Source of the DNA: Lachnospirales bacterium
GTDB lineage: Bacteria > Bacillota > Clostridia > Lachnospirales > CAMZNU01
Direction: 5' to 3'
Length of the DNA: 64,000 nt
NCBI GenBank assembly: GCA_047974375.1
Contig: JBKECF010000052.1
Span: 61,694-125,693 of the forward strand
Shown: positions 40,556 to 51,634 of the stretch, piece by piece
How the letters are laid out: the number at the start of each line of letters is the position of its first letter
Position numbering within the stretch: the first letter of the stretch is position 1
Notes under the pieces: model-generated
The model's input: only the letters and a program-made list of their open reading frames with translations
What the model was told of the DNA's origin: nothing
Databases searched by the model: none
Program-made: the position numbers and the translations under genes

Positions 40556-41830
40556 ATGAGTTTAACGGAAGGTTATGCGAAGTTATCAAAACAAATAAGT
40601 TACATTGATAAAAAGCTATTTGATGAATATAATATTAAACAAGGTCTTAGAAATTCTAATGGTACAGGTGTAGTTATTGGTATTACTAAAGTAGCAGATG
40701 TTTATGGATATGATTTAATAGATGGTAAAAAAATTCCTGTTGAAGGTAGGTTGCTATATAGAAATCATGAAATTACAGAATTATACGAAAAATTTAAAGG
40801 TAGCTATATGTTTGAAAAAGCAACGTACCTATTGCTTTTTGGACAAATTCCTACAGAACCACAATTAGACGAATTTTTAGATTTGATTTATGAATATAGG
40901 CAGCATGATTTAGATTTATTTAATAGCGAAAGTAGGAGGCATTCCCTTATGAATGCCCTACAAGTTGGTGTTGACCAGTTGTATTTTGAAGACGATGACG
41001 CCGATTTAATTGATACCGAGAATATTATTATTCATAGTCTTAAAATTATATCTAGAATGCCGGAAATTCTTTTGAAGGGATACTTGGGCAAGAGTTATAA
41101 TTTAGAAAGGGCCAAAGAACTAAAAAAGCAAAGAATAAGTACAGCTCAATTTTTATTGGAAATGTTGAATAGGGAATTTACTGACGAGGATGTAAAAATC
41201 CTTGACCTAGCTCTGTTAGTTCATGCTGAACATGGTGGGGGTAACAATTCTACTTTTACGGTTAGGCTTGTTTCTTCTGCTTACACAGATACATACTCTG
41301 CTATTGTAGCAGGAATTAGTTCATTAAAAGGCTTACGTCATGGTGGTGCAAATATAAAAGTTTGTCAAATGATGCATAATATTGAGTATAGTATTGACTA
41401 TACTAATCGTGATGAATTAAAAAAATATTTAAAAAAAATCTACGATAAAAAAGTATTTGATAAAACGGGACTAATATACGGGATGGGTCACGCTATTTAT
41501 ACAAAGTCTGATCCTCGTGCGGAGTTATTAAAAAAACTGGCTAAAGATTTGGCTGTTAGAAAAAATGCTACAGAAAAATTTGAAATGCACAACAATATAG
41601 AGGAATTGACAAAGGAAATTTTTTCGGAGATAAAGGGTAATGAGTGTGCTATGTGTGCAAATGTAGATATGTATTCAGGATTAATTTATGAATTACTTGA
41701 TTTAAAATATCCAATTTTCACTCCGCTATTTACATTGGCAAGAACATCTGGCTGGTGTGCTCATAGATTAGAACAAATAATTAGCGATAAAAAAATTCTA
41801 AGGCCAGCATATAAAACTTATGTTGAATAG
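40556..41830 (+). CDS. Citrate synthase (citrate/2-methylcitrate synthase family)
   Basis: LVHAEHGGGNNSTF and GMGHAIYTKSDPR catalytic His motifs. Confidence 0.85.
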   Translation: MSLTEGYAKLSKQISYIDKKLFDEYNIKQGLRNSNGTGVVIGITKVADVYGYDLIDGKKIPVEGRLLYRNHEITELYEKFKGSYMFEKATYLLLFGQIPTEPQLDEFLDLIYEYRQHDLDLFNSESRRHSLMNALQVGVDQLYFEDDDADLIDTENIIIHSLKIISRMPEILLKGYLGKSYNLERAKELKKQRISTAQFLLEMLNREFTDEDVKILDLALLVHAEHGGGNNSTFTVRLVSSAYTDTYSAIVAGISSLKGLRHGGANIKVCQMMHNIEYSIDYTNRDELKKYLKKIYDKKVFDKTGLIYGMGHAIYTKSDPRAELLKKLAKDLAVRKNATEKFEMHNNIEELTKEIFSEIKGNECAMCANVDMYSGLIYELLDLKYPIFTPLFTLARTSGWCAHRLEQIISDKKILRPAYKTYVE

Positions 41831-41880
41831 ATTGCTTTAAAGTGGATTATAAATATATTTAAAGGTTAAATTGTAATTTT

Positions 41881-41934
41881 AATAGGTATCAATTGGTATA
41901 TAGAAGTAAATATACTAATTGATACCTATTTTTG
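41881..41934 (+). terminator. Rho-independent terminator
   Basis: aataggtatcaattggtatat / atatactaattgatacctatt + ttt. Confidence 0.8.
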
Positions 41935-41997
41935 TCTATTTCAAATTTTGGCATTTATAGTGAATACCTATGTTATAAAAAAATACAAAAAAAGAGC

Positions 41998-42128
41998 ACC
42001 TAGGTTATAATAGTAATTGCAAAAAAACATTAACCGAAAAGAAAGGTGTTATTATGGTGGAGGCATATACAAGTTGGTTATAAACTCGAGTAAAAAGTGC
42101 AACATATGTTTGACTATTCTAGATTTTA
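41998..42128 (+). mobile_element. 131-bp solo miniature derivative (left end + right end) of the IS at 52467-53873
   Basis: 41998-42057 matches 52467-52526 (acctaggttataatagtaat.gcaaaaaaacattaacc...ttatg). 42097-42128 matches 53842-53873 (tg.aacatatgtttgactattctagatttta). Confidence 0.8.
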
Positions 42129-42191
42129 CATAAAAATTTTTTTCGTTTTTATTTGAAAATAATTATGTTATAATCTAGTTGGTGATATTAA

Positions 42192-43106
42192 ATGAAAAAA
42201 TATAAAGAACTAAATAATTACATTGAAAAAAATAATTTAGATTACGCAATAACTCAAAATAAAAAACTCGATATTGAAATTAATGTTCCTATAGCTTTTA
42301 GCAATTGTATGTCTAAGAATATGCACTTAGATCCTAAACTGCATATGGAGTCTTGTAATAGTATAATAGTAGTAGCTATGGAATATATGATTAACAAATA
42401 TAATAAAGAATGTCCTCATATATCATCTGGATATTCACATTACGATTATCACAACATTTTAGAACTTCATTTAGAAAAAATATCAAAAATTTTACAATTA
42501 GAAAAATATTTAATACAAGTAGACACTGGACCATTGCTTGAGAAGAATTTTGCTGAATTAGCTGGGCTAGGATACATCGGTAAAAATAATTTACTAATTA
42601 CGGAAAAATTTGGCTCGAAAGTTTTTTTAGGATTAATATTAACAAATGATATTTTACAGGCTACACAAAGAAAATGTATTAATAAATGTAAAACCTGCAA
42701 TAAATGCCTCAAAGAGTGCCCGACTTCAGCAATAAGTGTGAATAAATTTGACCACAAAAAGTGCATATCCTATCTTACACAAACAAAAAGCGATATAACT
42801 TATACAAATATGAAGGATATGAAAAATTTTTTATATGGTTGTGATATATGTATAAGGACATGTCCACTGAATAAAAGCATTGAGATCGAAAATACAATAG
42901 ACATTAATTTTTTAATTAACATGAATAAGAAAGACTTTGAGATTTTTAAAAATACTGGAATTTATTGGCGCTCTCTAAATACTATAAAAAGGAATGCGAT
43001 AATAAACTACTATAATATTGCTTCTATTATAGCTGATATAGAAACTAAAAGCGAAATAATAAATAAAACTAAAGAGGTGCTAAAAAATGGGACAATGGAA
43101 GAGTAG
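42192..43106 (+). CDS. queG: tRNA epoxyqueuosine(34) reductase
   Basis: GYIGKNNLLIT, CxxCxxCxxxCP (CKTCNKCLKECP), CISYLTQ and a second Fe-S motif CDICIRTCP. Confidence 0.8.
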   Translation: MKKYKELNNYIEKNNLDYAITQNKKLDIEINVPIAFSNCMSKNMHLDPKLHMESCNSIIVVAMEYMINKYNKECPHISSGYSHYDYHNILELHLEKISKILQLEKYLIQVDTGPLLEKNFAELAGLGYIGKNNLLITEKFGSKVFLGLILTNDILQATQRKCINKCKTCNKCLKECPTSAISVNKFDHKKCISYLTQTKSDITYTNMKDMKNFLYGCDICIRTCPLNKSIEIENTIDINFLINMNKKDFEIFKNTGIYWRSLNTIKRNAIINYYNIASIIADIETKSEIINKTKEVLKNGTMEE

Positions 43107-43617
43107 GGGATTAAGGGGCAGCGTTTTAGAAGAAATGATAAACTCTACAAACAAAATTTATGAAAATCATTCCCTATGCCTTGTACAAAAAGTACCTACT
43201 CCTATTGTACCCATGGAAATTGATAATTCTAAAAGACTCATAACCAAAGCTTATTTTGAAAGCAAAAGTACAGTAGATTATATAGGAGTAGCACAAGGAA
43301 TACCAATATGTTTTGATGCAAAAGAAACATCGCATAATAGATTACCTTTACAAAACATACATAAACATCAAATTGAATTTATGGAAAATTTTGAAAAGCA
43401 AAATGGAATTGCTTTTTTTATAGTGTACTTTACAAAGCTGAATAAAATTTTTTACTTGCCTTTTATAATTTTTAAAAAATATTTTGATAAATCTTTAGCT
43501 GGTGGTAGAAAGTCAATTCCGTTAAATGCATTTCCAGAAGATTTTTTGATATATAATAAACAAGGATATTTAGTACACTATTTAGAAACACTAAATAAGG
43601 ATTTAGAAAAAAGATAG
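43087..43617 (+). CDS. recU: Holliday junction resolvase RecU
   Basis: RGLRGSVLEEMIN..., VQKVPTP, DYIGV..G..ICFDAKET, QNIHKHQIEFM. Overlaps queG by 20 nt. Confidence 0.85.
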   Translation: MGQWKSRGLRGSVLEEMINSTNKIYENHSLCLVQKVPTPIVPMEIDNSKRLITKAYFESKSTVDYIGVAQGIPICFDAKETSHNRLPLQNIHKHQIEFMENFEKQNGIAFFIVYFTKLNKIFYLPFIIFKKYFDKSLAGGRKSIPLNAFPEDFLIYNKQGYLVHYLETLNKDLEKR

Positions 43618-43647
43618 TAACAATTATTTATAGGAATAGAGGTTAAT

Positions 43648-45009
43648 ATGCAAATTCAAGATTATAAAAATATATATTTCGTTGGCATCGGTGGAGTAAG
43701 TATGAGTGGTTTAGCTCTTATCCTTGCAGATTCCGGTTATATTGTAAAAGGTTCCGATACAATTTATTCGAGTAATATTGAAAATTTAATTAAGCAAAAT
43801 ATACATGTAAACATTGGTCAAGTGTCTAATAATATAACTAACGATATTGACCTTATAATTTATACTGCAGCTGTTAGTACAGAGAACCCAGAATTAATGA
43901 AGGGTAGAGAATTAGGAATAAAGATAATTGATAGAGCGCATTTATTAGGTTTATTAATGAAGAATTATGAATTTCCGATCTCAATTGCAGGTACACATGG
44001 TAAATCATCAACAACATCTATGTTATCTGAAATATTTTTACTAGCTAATAAAAATCCAACAATAACAGTAGGCGGAAATTTAAAATCAATAAAAGGAAAT
44101 ATAAATATAGGTGATAATAAATATTTCATTGTTGAATCATGCGAATATTTTGATAGTTTCCTGCAATTTTTTCCGCATACTGCTGCTGTTCTAAATATAG
44201 AACTTGATCATGTTGATTACTTTAATGATATAGGAGAAATAAGAAAATCTTTTATTCATTTTTGTAAAAATATTGATATAAGTGGCAATTTATTAATAAA
44301 TAAATCTATAGAAGATATTAAGGAGATCATAAATGAATTGGAGTGCAACATTATAACATACGGGGTTTATACTGGCGATTTGCAGGCTATAAATGTAAAA
44401 GTTAAAGATTCAAAAACTGTTTTCGAAATACTCTTTAAAGGCGAGAACCTAGGTGGAATTGAGCTACAAGTTTTAGGAAAGCATAATGTGGAAAATGCAT
44501 TAGCAGCTATAGGGATTGCATTATGTTACAATATTGATTTTAATATTATTAAGGAAGCACTAAAAGATTTCACTGGTATCGGAAGAAGATTTGAAATAAA
44601 AGGTAGCATAAATGGAGCGAAAATTTATGATGACTACGCTCACCACCCTACAGAGATAGCATGTACTTTGGGCTCTTGTAAATATAGGGATTATGAAAAT
44701 TTATGGGTTGTTTTTCAACCTCATACATATACAAGAACTAAAGATTTATTAAAAGGCTTTTCTGAATCGTTTAATATGGCAGATAAAATAATACTCTTAG
44801 ATATTTATTCTGCTAGAGAACCATATACTAATGAAATTCATAGTAAAGATTTAGAAAAATTACTTAAGAAAAAAAATAAAGAGGTTTATTATTTTAGTTC
44901 TTTTGAAGACGCTGAAATTTATATAAGAAAAAACATATGCCAAGATGATATATTAATTACCATGGGTGCAGGTGATGTATATAAATTAGGTGAATCATTA
45001 ATATTATAA
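43648..45009 (+). CDS. murC: UDP-N-acetylmuramate--L-alanine ligase
   Basis: YFVGIGGVSMSGLA and the Mur ligase P-loop IAGTHGKSSTTSM. Confidence 0.93.
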   Translation: MQIQDYKNIYFVGIGGVSMSGLALILADSGYIVKGSDTIYSSNIENLIKQNIHVNIGQVSNNITNDIDLIIYTAAVSTENPELMKGRELGIKIIDRAHLLGLLMKNYEFPISIAGTHGKSSTTSMLSEIFLLANKNPTITVGGNLKSIKGNINIGDNKYFIVESCEYFDSFLQFFPHTAAVLNIELDHVDYFNDIGEIRKSFIHFCKNIDISGNLLINKSIEDIKEIINELECNIITYGVYTGDLQAINVKVKDSKTVFEILFKGENLGGIELQVLGKHNVENALAAIGIALCYNIDFNIIKEALKDFTGIGRRFEIKGSINGAKIYDDYAHHPTEIACTLGSCKYRDYENLWVVFQPHTYTRTKDLLKGFSESFNMADKIILLDIYSAREPYTNEIHSKDLEKLLKKKNKEVYYFSSFEDAEIYIRKNICQDDILITMGAGDVYKLGESLIL

Positions 45010-45053
45010 TATTTGGTATATTATAAAATCGCATTAATAAAGAAAGGAATACA

Positions 45054-45620
45054 ATGTATCTAATCATAGGGTTAGGTAACCCGGAAAAATATTATAAGAA
45101 CACAAGACACAATATAGGGTTTGAAACGATAAATAAAATTTCGTATGACTATAATATAGCTGTTACTGCAAAGAAACATAAAGCCTTAATAGGAAAGGGC
45201 GTTATAAATAAGGAACCTGTTATATTGGCAAAACCCCAGACTTATATGAATTTAAGCGGGGAAAGTGTTAAAAATATAATCGATTATTATAATATTCCTC
45301 CAGAGAATTTAATTGTAATATATGATGATATTACACTAGATGTTGGAATTATAAAGGTAAAAAAACTGGGCAGTGCTGGCGGGCATAATGGTGTAAAAAA
45401 TATTATAGAACATTTAAAAACTAGTGAGTTTGCTAGAGTAAAAATAGGTATAGGTAGCAAACCTAGCCATATGGTGCTTAAAGATTATGTATTAACAAAA
45501 TTTCTACCTGAAGAACACGAGGAAATGGTTAGAGGTATTACATTAGCAAGCGAAGCCAGTACTTTATTCCTCAAATATAATATTGATATAGTTATGAATA
45601 AATTTAATACTAGGAGATAA
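45054..45620 (+). CDS. pth: Peptidyl-tRNA hydrolase
   Basis: LIIGLGNPEKYYKNTRHNIGF, GSAGGHNGVKNI. Confidence 0.95.
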   Translation: MYLIIGLGNPEKYYKNTRHNIGFETINKISYDYNIAVTAKKHKALIGKGVINKEPVILAKPQTYMNLSGESVKNIIDYYNIPPENLIVIYDDITLDVGIIKVKKLGSAGGHNGVKNIIEHLKTSEFARVKIGIGSKPSHMVLKDYVLTKFLPEEHEEMVRGITLASEASTLFLKYNIDIVMNKFNTRR

Positions 45621-45622
45621 AA

Positions 45623-48600
45623 TTGAGTAAAAAATTTTTAGGTATGAAAAAAGAGTTAGAAATTACTCCTGAATTTAAAAAACTAATGACTTTAATAAAT
45701 GACAATAAAGATGTTCACATAATTAACTCTTTAGAAACACAAAAACATCATGTAACTAGTACATTGGAGCATGAATGTAACAGAAACACATTGATTATAT
45801 GTAGTACAGATAGTGAAGCACAAAATTCATACGAAGATATGTTGTATTTCTCATCAAAAAAAGTATATCTATACCCAAGTAAAGATATACTTTTTTATAA
45901 CGCAGACTTAAAAAGCACTGAAATAATCGAACGAAGATATGAAATCTTAAACACACTAATTAACGAAGAAAATATTACAATTATAATTTCTGCATCTTCC
46001 TTATTAGATAGATTAATGCCTGTGGATTTATTTGAAAAATATAAAATAAAATTAGAAGTAGGTAAAAGTATTCCATTAGATGAACTTGTAGAAAAATTGG
46101 CTAGAATGGGATATAAATCACGTAGTAGAGTGGAATATGTTGGGCATTTTTCAAAAAGAGGTGGGATAATTGATATATTTCCTACAATGGAGGAAAACGC
46201 CATAAGAATTGAATTTTGGGGAGATGAAATAGACTCAATTAGACAACTAGATAGCATGTGTGAAAGATCGATTAATAAAGTAGATTCCATTACAATACTT
46301 CCTATAAAAGAACTTTTATATTCAAACAAAATTTTGAAAAATGCAATTACTAATATAAGTAGTGATTATGAAACTTCTTTTAAATCTTTCGAAAATAAGG
46401 GTTTAAAGGAGGAGGCTAATAATTTATCCTTCGAGTACCACTCTATTATAGATGAACTAGAAAACAAAATATTACATAATGATAATATTTTGTATGATTA
46501 TTTTTATAATGACAAAACCAATATTTTAGATTATTTAAAAAAAGATACAATTATTTATATAGATGAACCTAGTAAAATTAAGTCATGTTGCATAAATTTA
46601 TTTAAGGAATTTTCTGATAGTGTTACGAATAAAATTTTGCAAGGAAAGCTATTATCCAAAAGTTTAGATATGGTAATAACACCAAATAATATAGACAGCA
46701 AGCTAAGTAAATTTACTAGAATATATTATTCTAGCCTTTATACAGACTATAAATTGAATGATATTCCAAAAATTGATTTTAAATGCGAGTATGCACCTAT
46801 TATAAAAAATAGGTTCGATATCCTAAGCAATGAATTACAAACATTTAAAGATAAAAATTATACGATTATAATTTTCGCTGGTAATAAGAGTAGTGGAACA
46901 AAATTAATAAATGAACTTGAAAAGTATAACACCACAGCACACTATGTAAATAATGTTTTTGAAAATCTAGAAGCCAATGCTATTTATGTTACACATGGTA
47001 GCCTAACTAGTGGATTTTCGTACCCATTGTCTAAAGTGGCTTATTTTGGCAACAGAGAAATATTCGGGAAAGAAAAGAAAAAAAAGAAGCTATATAATAA
47101 AAAGAATTCTAAAAAAATTGATTCATATAGCGACCTAAAGGTTGGTGACTATGTAGTTCACGAAAACTATGGAATAGGAATTTTTTCAGGTATTGAAAAA
47201 ATAAACTATAATGGCATTAGCAAGGATTTTATAATTATAAATTATGCCGATGATGGAACATTAAATTTGCCTGTGACGCAGCTTGACAGGGTCGAAAAAT
47301 ATATTGGCTCTGAAGTTGGTAATATAAAAATACATAAACTAGGTGGCAAAGAATGGACAAAGACTAAAAATTCAACTAAAAAAGCTGCTGCGATTGTTGC
47401 TAAGGAATTGATTGAATTATACGCTAAAAGACAAGCAAGTACAGGTTTTGCTTTTAGCACAGATACATTATGGCAAACTGAGTTTGAAGAAAAATTCCCT
47501 TATGAAGAAACAGAAGATCAAATCAATGCGATAAATGATGTGAAAAACGACATGGAACAACAAAAGGTTATGGATAGACTAATTTGTGGGGATGTCGGCT
47601 TTGGGAAAACAGAAGTTGCATTACGTGGTGCTTTTAAAGCTGTACAAGACGGCAAACAAGTTGCTTATCTTGTACCAACTACAATACTCGCACAACAACA
47701 TTATAATACCTTCAGCGAACGTATGCTAGATTATAGTATTGATGTTGAACTAATGTCCAGATTTCGAACTCAAAAAGAACAAAAAAATACCTTAAAAAAA
47801 TTAAAAAGTGGCCAATGTGATATTGTTATAGGAACCCATAGAATACTTTCCAAGGATGTTGAATTTAAAGACTTAGGATTGGTTATAGTAGATGAAGAGC
47901 AACGTTTTGGTGTAAAACATAAAGAAAAGCTAAAAAACTTACGCAATAATGTTGATATCATGACTTTAACTGCAACACCTATACCAAGAACCCTGCATAT
48001 GAGTCTGGTAGGCATAAAAGATATGAGCACATTAGAAGAACCGCCCAAAAATAGAAGATCTATACAAACTTTTGTAATGGAATATGACGAAAGCTCAATA
48101 AGAGATGCAATAAACAGAGAGCTATCCAGAGGTGGGCAAATATTCTTTCTACATAATAGAATAAATTCTATTGAAAAAATAACTAGTGATCTGCATAATC
48201 TAGTACCAAATGCGACAATAGCCTATGCACACGGGCAAATGAGCATCAGAGAACTAGAAAATATAATGAAAGATTTTATTAATAATGAAATAAATATACT
48301 TGTTTGTACAACGATAATAGAGACAGGTTTAGATATTACAAATGCCAATACAATAATAGTAAATAATGCAGATAATATGGGATTATCCCAACTTTATCAG
48401 TTACGTGGTAGGGTAGGCCGCTCTAACAAAAAAGCTTACGCATATCTCTTGTATAAAAAAGACAAGGTAATAACTGAGGTTGCCGAGAAGCGATTAGAAG
48501 CGCTTAAAGAATTTACAGCCTTCGGATCTGGCTATAAGATTTCCATGCGAGATTTGGAAATTCGTGGCTCAGGTTCTTTATTAGGTGAACAACAACACGG

Positions 48601-49135
48601 TCATATTAACAATGTTGGCTATGATTTATACTGTAAACTACTAGACAGAGCCGTTAAAGAACTTCAAGGTGAAAAAGGTAAAGAGATAGTAGAAACGAAG
48701 ATAGATGTTAATGTAAGTGGTTATTTACCATCTTATTATATTGAAGATGAGCGACAGAGAATAGATATTTATAAAAAAATAGCATATATAGATTCATTAA
48801 AGGAATTTTATGACATGCAAGAAGAACTAGAAGATCGTTTTGGTGATTTACCTAACTCGGTTCAAAACTTGCTTGATATAGCTTTAATAAAGTGTAATTT
48901 TAGGAAGGTCGATGCTATTTCCATTTTAGAAAAGAAAGGTAGTGTCTATATTGCATTTAAAAGTGATGCACAAATAGACGGACAACAACTTCTTGCGTAT
49001 ATTGAAAACAATAGACATATTTCATTTAAAAATGGTACATACCCTGAGATGAAGTATACCTATAAAGGAAATTTATCATTAAACAAACTTAAAGAAGTTA
49101 GCGAAGAAGTAAGTAAATTTATATTAAAAATTTAA
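45623..49135 (+). CDS. mfd: Transcription-repair coupling factor
   Basis: 1170 aa. CarD/TRCF RNAP-interacting region (GDYVVHENYGIG), SF2 helicase motifs (GDVGFGKTEVA, DEEQRFGV, TATPIPRT, RGRVGRS). TTG start after AGGAGA. Confidence 0.95.
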   Translation: MSKKFLGMKKELEITPEFKKLMTLINDNKDVHIINSLETQKHHVTSTLEHECNRNTLIICSTDSEAQNSYEDMLYFSSKKVYLYPSKDILFYNADLKSTEIIERRYEILNTLINEENITIIISASSLLDRLMPVDLFEKYKIKLEVGKSIPLDELVEKLARMGYKSRSRVEYVGHFSKRGGIIDIFPTMEENAIRIEFWGDEIDSIRQLDSMCERSINKVDSITILPIKELLYSNKILKNAITNISSDYETSFKSFENKGLKEEANNLSFEYHSIIDELENKILHNDNILYDYFYNDKTNILDYLKKDTIIYIDEPSKIKSCCINLFKEFSDSVTNKILQGKLLSKSLDMVITPNNIDSKLSKFTRIYYSSLYTDYKLNDIPKIDFKCEYAPIIKNRFDILSNELQTFKDKNYTIIIFAGNKSSGTKLINELEKYNTTAHYVNNVFENLEANAIYVTHGSLTSGFSYPLSKVAYFGNREIFGKEKKKKKLYNKKNSKKIDSYSDLKVGDYVVHENYGIGIFSGIEKINYNGISKDFIIINYADDGTLNLPVTQLDRVEKYIGSEVGNIKIHKLGGKEWTKTKNSTKKAAAIVAKELIELYAKRQASTGFAFSTDTLWQTEFEEKFPYEETEDQINAINDVKNDMEQQKVMDRLICGDVGFGKTEVALRGAFKAVQDGKQVAYLVPTTILAQQHYNTFSERMLDYSIDVELMSRFRTQKEQKNTLKKLKSGQCDIVIGTHRILSKDVEFKDLGLVIVDEEQRFGVKHKEKLKNLRNNVDIMTLTATPIPRTLHMSLVGIKDMSTLEEPPKNRRSIQTFVMEYDESSIRDAINRELSRGGQIFFLHNRINSIEKITSDLHNLVPNATIAYAHGQMSIRELENIMKDFINNEINILVCTTIIETGLDITNANTIIVNNADNMGLSQLYQLRGRVGRSNKKAYAYLLYKKDKVITEVAEKRLEALKEFTAFGSGYKISMRDLEIRGSGSLLGEQQHGHINNVGYDLYCKLLDRAVKELQGEKGKEIVETKIDVNVSGYLPSYYIEDERQRIDIYKKIAYIDSLKEFYDMQEELEDRFGDLPNSVQNLLDIALIKCNFRKVDAISILEKKGSVYIAFKSDAQIDGQQLLAYIENNRHISFKNGTYPEMKYTYKGNLSLNKLKEVSEEVSKFILKI

Positions 49136-49146
49136 CAGGAGGATTT

Positions 49147-50877
49147 ATGTATAAAAAATTTATTTCGTATTATAGTCCTTACAAAAAAGTATTTACTGCA
49201 GATCTTTTTTGTGCAGCAATTTTATCATTAATTGATATAAGTATTCCATTATTTATAAGCTATATGATTAATACAGTATATGTTAATACTGATATTTCAT
49301 ATATAATTTCCAAATCCCTTCAGATATGTGGCATCTTATTAATCTTATATATAGTAAGAATGCTCTGTAATTATTTTGTCGCCTATTACGGACATGTAAT
49401 GGGTTCAAGAATGGAAACTGATATGCGTAAGGATCTATTTGACAAATTATCAAGATTATCATTTTCTTTTTATGATAAAAATAATACTGGTCAGATGATT
49501 AGTAGATTAATAAATGACTTGTTTGATATAACAGAATTAGCACATCATGGCCCGGAGAATATTTTTATATCAACACTAAAGTTAATTGGAGCGTTTATAT
49601 TGCTGATGTCAATAAACTCTTTATTAACATTTTCACTAATAATTGTTGTGATTTTTATGTTTTTCTTTTCAAAAAAATGCAACGAAATGATGAAAAATAA
49701 TTTAAAGGAAAGCAAAGTAAGAGTTGGTAATATAAATGAATCTGCTCAAGATAGTTTGGCTGGTATACGTGTGGTACAATCATTTGCAAACGAAAAAGAA
49801 GAAAAGAAAAAATTTAACGTGGGCAATATGGCATTTTTAGAAGCTAAAAGAAAATTTTATCGCACAATGGGTATTTATACTGGGGTTAATAGTTTTTTTC
49901 AGGGATTAATGTATATAGTTGTATTTTCAGTAGGAACATTTAGTATATTAAATGGTACGATGAATCCAGGTGACATCGTTGCATTTATTTTGTATATTAA
50001 TATGTTTTTAGAACCCATTAAAATGCTAATTAATTTTACTGAAATGTATCAAAAGGGATATACTGGATTTAAACGTATGCACGATATTTTAGAATTGGAA
50101 GACGAAGTTAAAGAAAGGAAAAATCCAGTAGAAATTTGTAATTTTAATGGCAATATAAATTTTAATAATGTCAGTTTTAGTTATGAAGAGAATAAGGATA
50201 TACTAAAAGATTTAACTATTTCCATAAAATCTGGTAGTACGGTGGCATTAGTTGGGCCATCTGGCGGCGGTAAAACAACATTTTGCTCCCTTATACCTCG
50301 TTTTTACGACGCTACAAATGGTTCTGTCACTATAAATGGAGTTAATGTAAGAGAGTTAAAGTTACGTGATTTAAGAAAAAATGTTGGTGTAGTTCAACAA
50401 GATGTTTATATATTTGGAACTTCTATAAAAGAAAATATTGCCTATGGTAAATTAGATGCAACAATAGATGAAATAGTGGATGCCGCGAAAAAAGCTAATA
50501 TTCATGATTATATAATGTCCTTAGATGATGGATACGACACAAAGATAGGTGAGCGTGGAGTCAGATTTTCCGGTGGGCAAAAACAACGACTAAGTATAGC
50601 AAGAGTTTTTTTGAAAAATCCACCTATCCTTATTTTAGATGAAGCAACAGCCGCTTTAGATAACGAAAGCGAGAAATATATTCAAGAATCTCTAGAAGAA
50701 TTATCTAAGAATAGAACAACTATAGTAATTGCGCATAGATTATCAACAATTCGCAATGCAAATGAAATCTATGTATTAACCGAGGATGGACTTATAGAAT
50801 CCGGTACACATGATGAATTAATTAAGAAAAATGGTAAATATGCAAACTTATATAATATGCAATTTAACATAAACTAG
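49147..50877 (+). CDS. ABC exporter, fused permease/ATPase (MsbA/multidrug type)
   Basis: Six-TM N-terminal half, Walker A GPSGGGKTT, signature FSGGQKQR, Walker B ILILDEATAALD. Confidence 0.9.
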   Translation: MYKKFISYYSPYKKVFTADLFCAAILSLIDISIPLFISYMINTVYVNTDISYIISKSLQICGILLILYIVRMLCNYFVAYYGHVMGSRMETDMRKDLFDKLSRLSFSFYDKNNTGQMISRLINDLFDITELAHHGPENIFISTLKLIGAFILLMSINSLLTFSLIIVVIFMFFFSKKCNEMMKNNLKESKVRVGNINESAQDSLAGIRVVQSFANEKEEKKKFNVGNMAFLEAKRKFYRTMGIYTGVNSFFQGLMYIVVFSVGTFSILNGTMNPGDIVAFILYINMFLEPIKMLINFTEMYQKGYTGFKRMHDILELEDEVKERKNPVEICNFNGNINFNNVSFSYEENKDILKDLTISIKSGSTVALVGPSGGGKTTFCSLIPRFYDATNGSVTINGVNVRELKLRDLRKNVGVVQQDVYIFGTSIKENIAYGKLDATIDEIVDAAKKANIHDYIMSLDDGYDTKIGERGVRFSGGQKQRLSIARVFLKNPPILILDEATAALDNESEKYIQESLEELSKNRTTIVIAHRLSTIRNANEIYVLTEDGLIESGTHDELIKKNGKYANLYNMQFNIN

Positions 50878-50886
50878 GGGGAAACT

Positions 50887-51606
50887 ATGGAAGAAGTTTT
50901 ATATACACTTAAAAATCACACAAGCATACGTAAATTCAATGACGAGCAAATTACAAAAAAAGAAGAAGAAGAAATAATAGCTTGTGCTCTACGAGGTGCA
51001 ACCGCTGGTGGTATGATGTTGTATTCCATTATTAAAATTAGAGATAAAAATAATTTAAAATATTTAAGTGAAAAATGCGATAACCAATCATTTATTGAAA
51101 AATCTGACCTAGGGTTAATATTTTTGGCTGATGCGCATAAATATTACCAATACTTCGAAATAAAAAATGTAAAGAATTATGATGGAAATGGGCCAAAATC
51201 ATCTGATCTTTTTTTATCTATTGCTGATACCATGATTGCAGCACAAAACTCAGTAATAGCAGCAGAGAGTCTAAATATTGGAACGTGCTATATAGGGGAT
51301 ATACTGGAGAATATTGAAGAAATACAAAAATATTTCAATTTACCTTCGCACGTAATACCATTTACTATGGTTGTTTTTGGTAAGTACTCGACTAAACCTA
51401 AACTCCGAAATAGATTTGATGAAAAATTTGTAGTTTTTGATGAAAAATATCCCTATATTGATGCTGATTTTATAAATAAAATGTTTTATTCCGAGGAAAC
51501 TAATAATGATAATAATGCAAATGAATTTTATAATCGAAAAATAAATTCAGATTTTACTAAAGAAATGCGTCGCTCTTGTAATAAATATATTAAGGAATGG
51601 TTATAA
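50887..51606 (+). CDS. Nitroreductase-family (NfsA-like) flavoprotein
   Basis: LKNHTSIRKF N-terminal motif and overall nitroreductase fold pattern. Confidence 0.75.
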   Translation: MEEVLYTLKNHTSIRKFNDEQITKKEEEEIIACALRGATAGGMMLYSIIKIRDKNNLKYLSEKCDNQSFIEKSDLGLIFLADAHKYYQYFEIKNVKNYDGNGPKSSDLFLSIADTMIAAQNSVIAAESLNIGTCYIGDILENIEEIQKYFNLPSHVIPFTMVVFGKYSTKPKLRNRFDEKFVVFDEKYPYIDADFINKMFYSEETNNDNNANEFYNRKINSDFTKEMRRSCNKYIKEWL

Positions 51607-51634
51607 AATAAAAATTGGGGTTGTATTGAAAATA

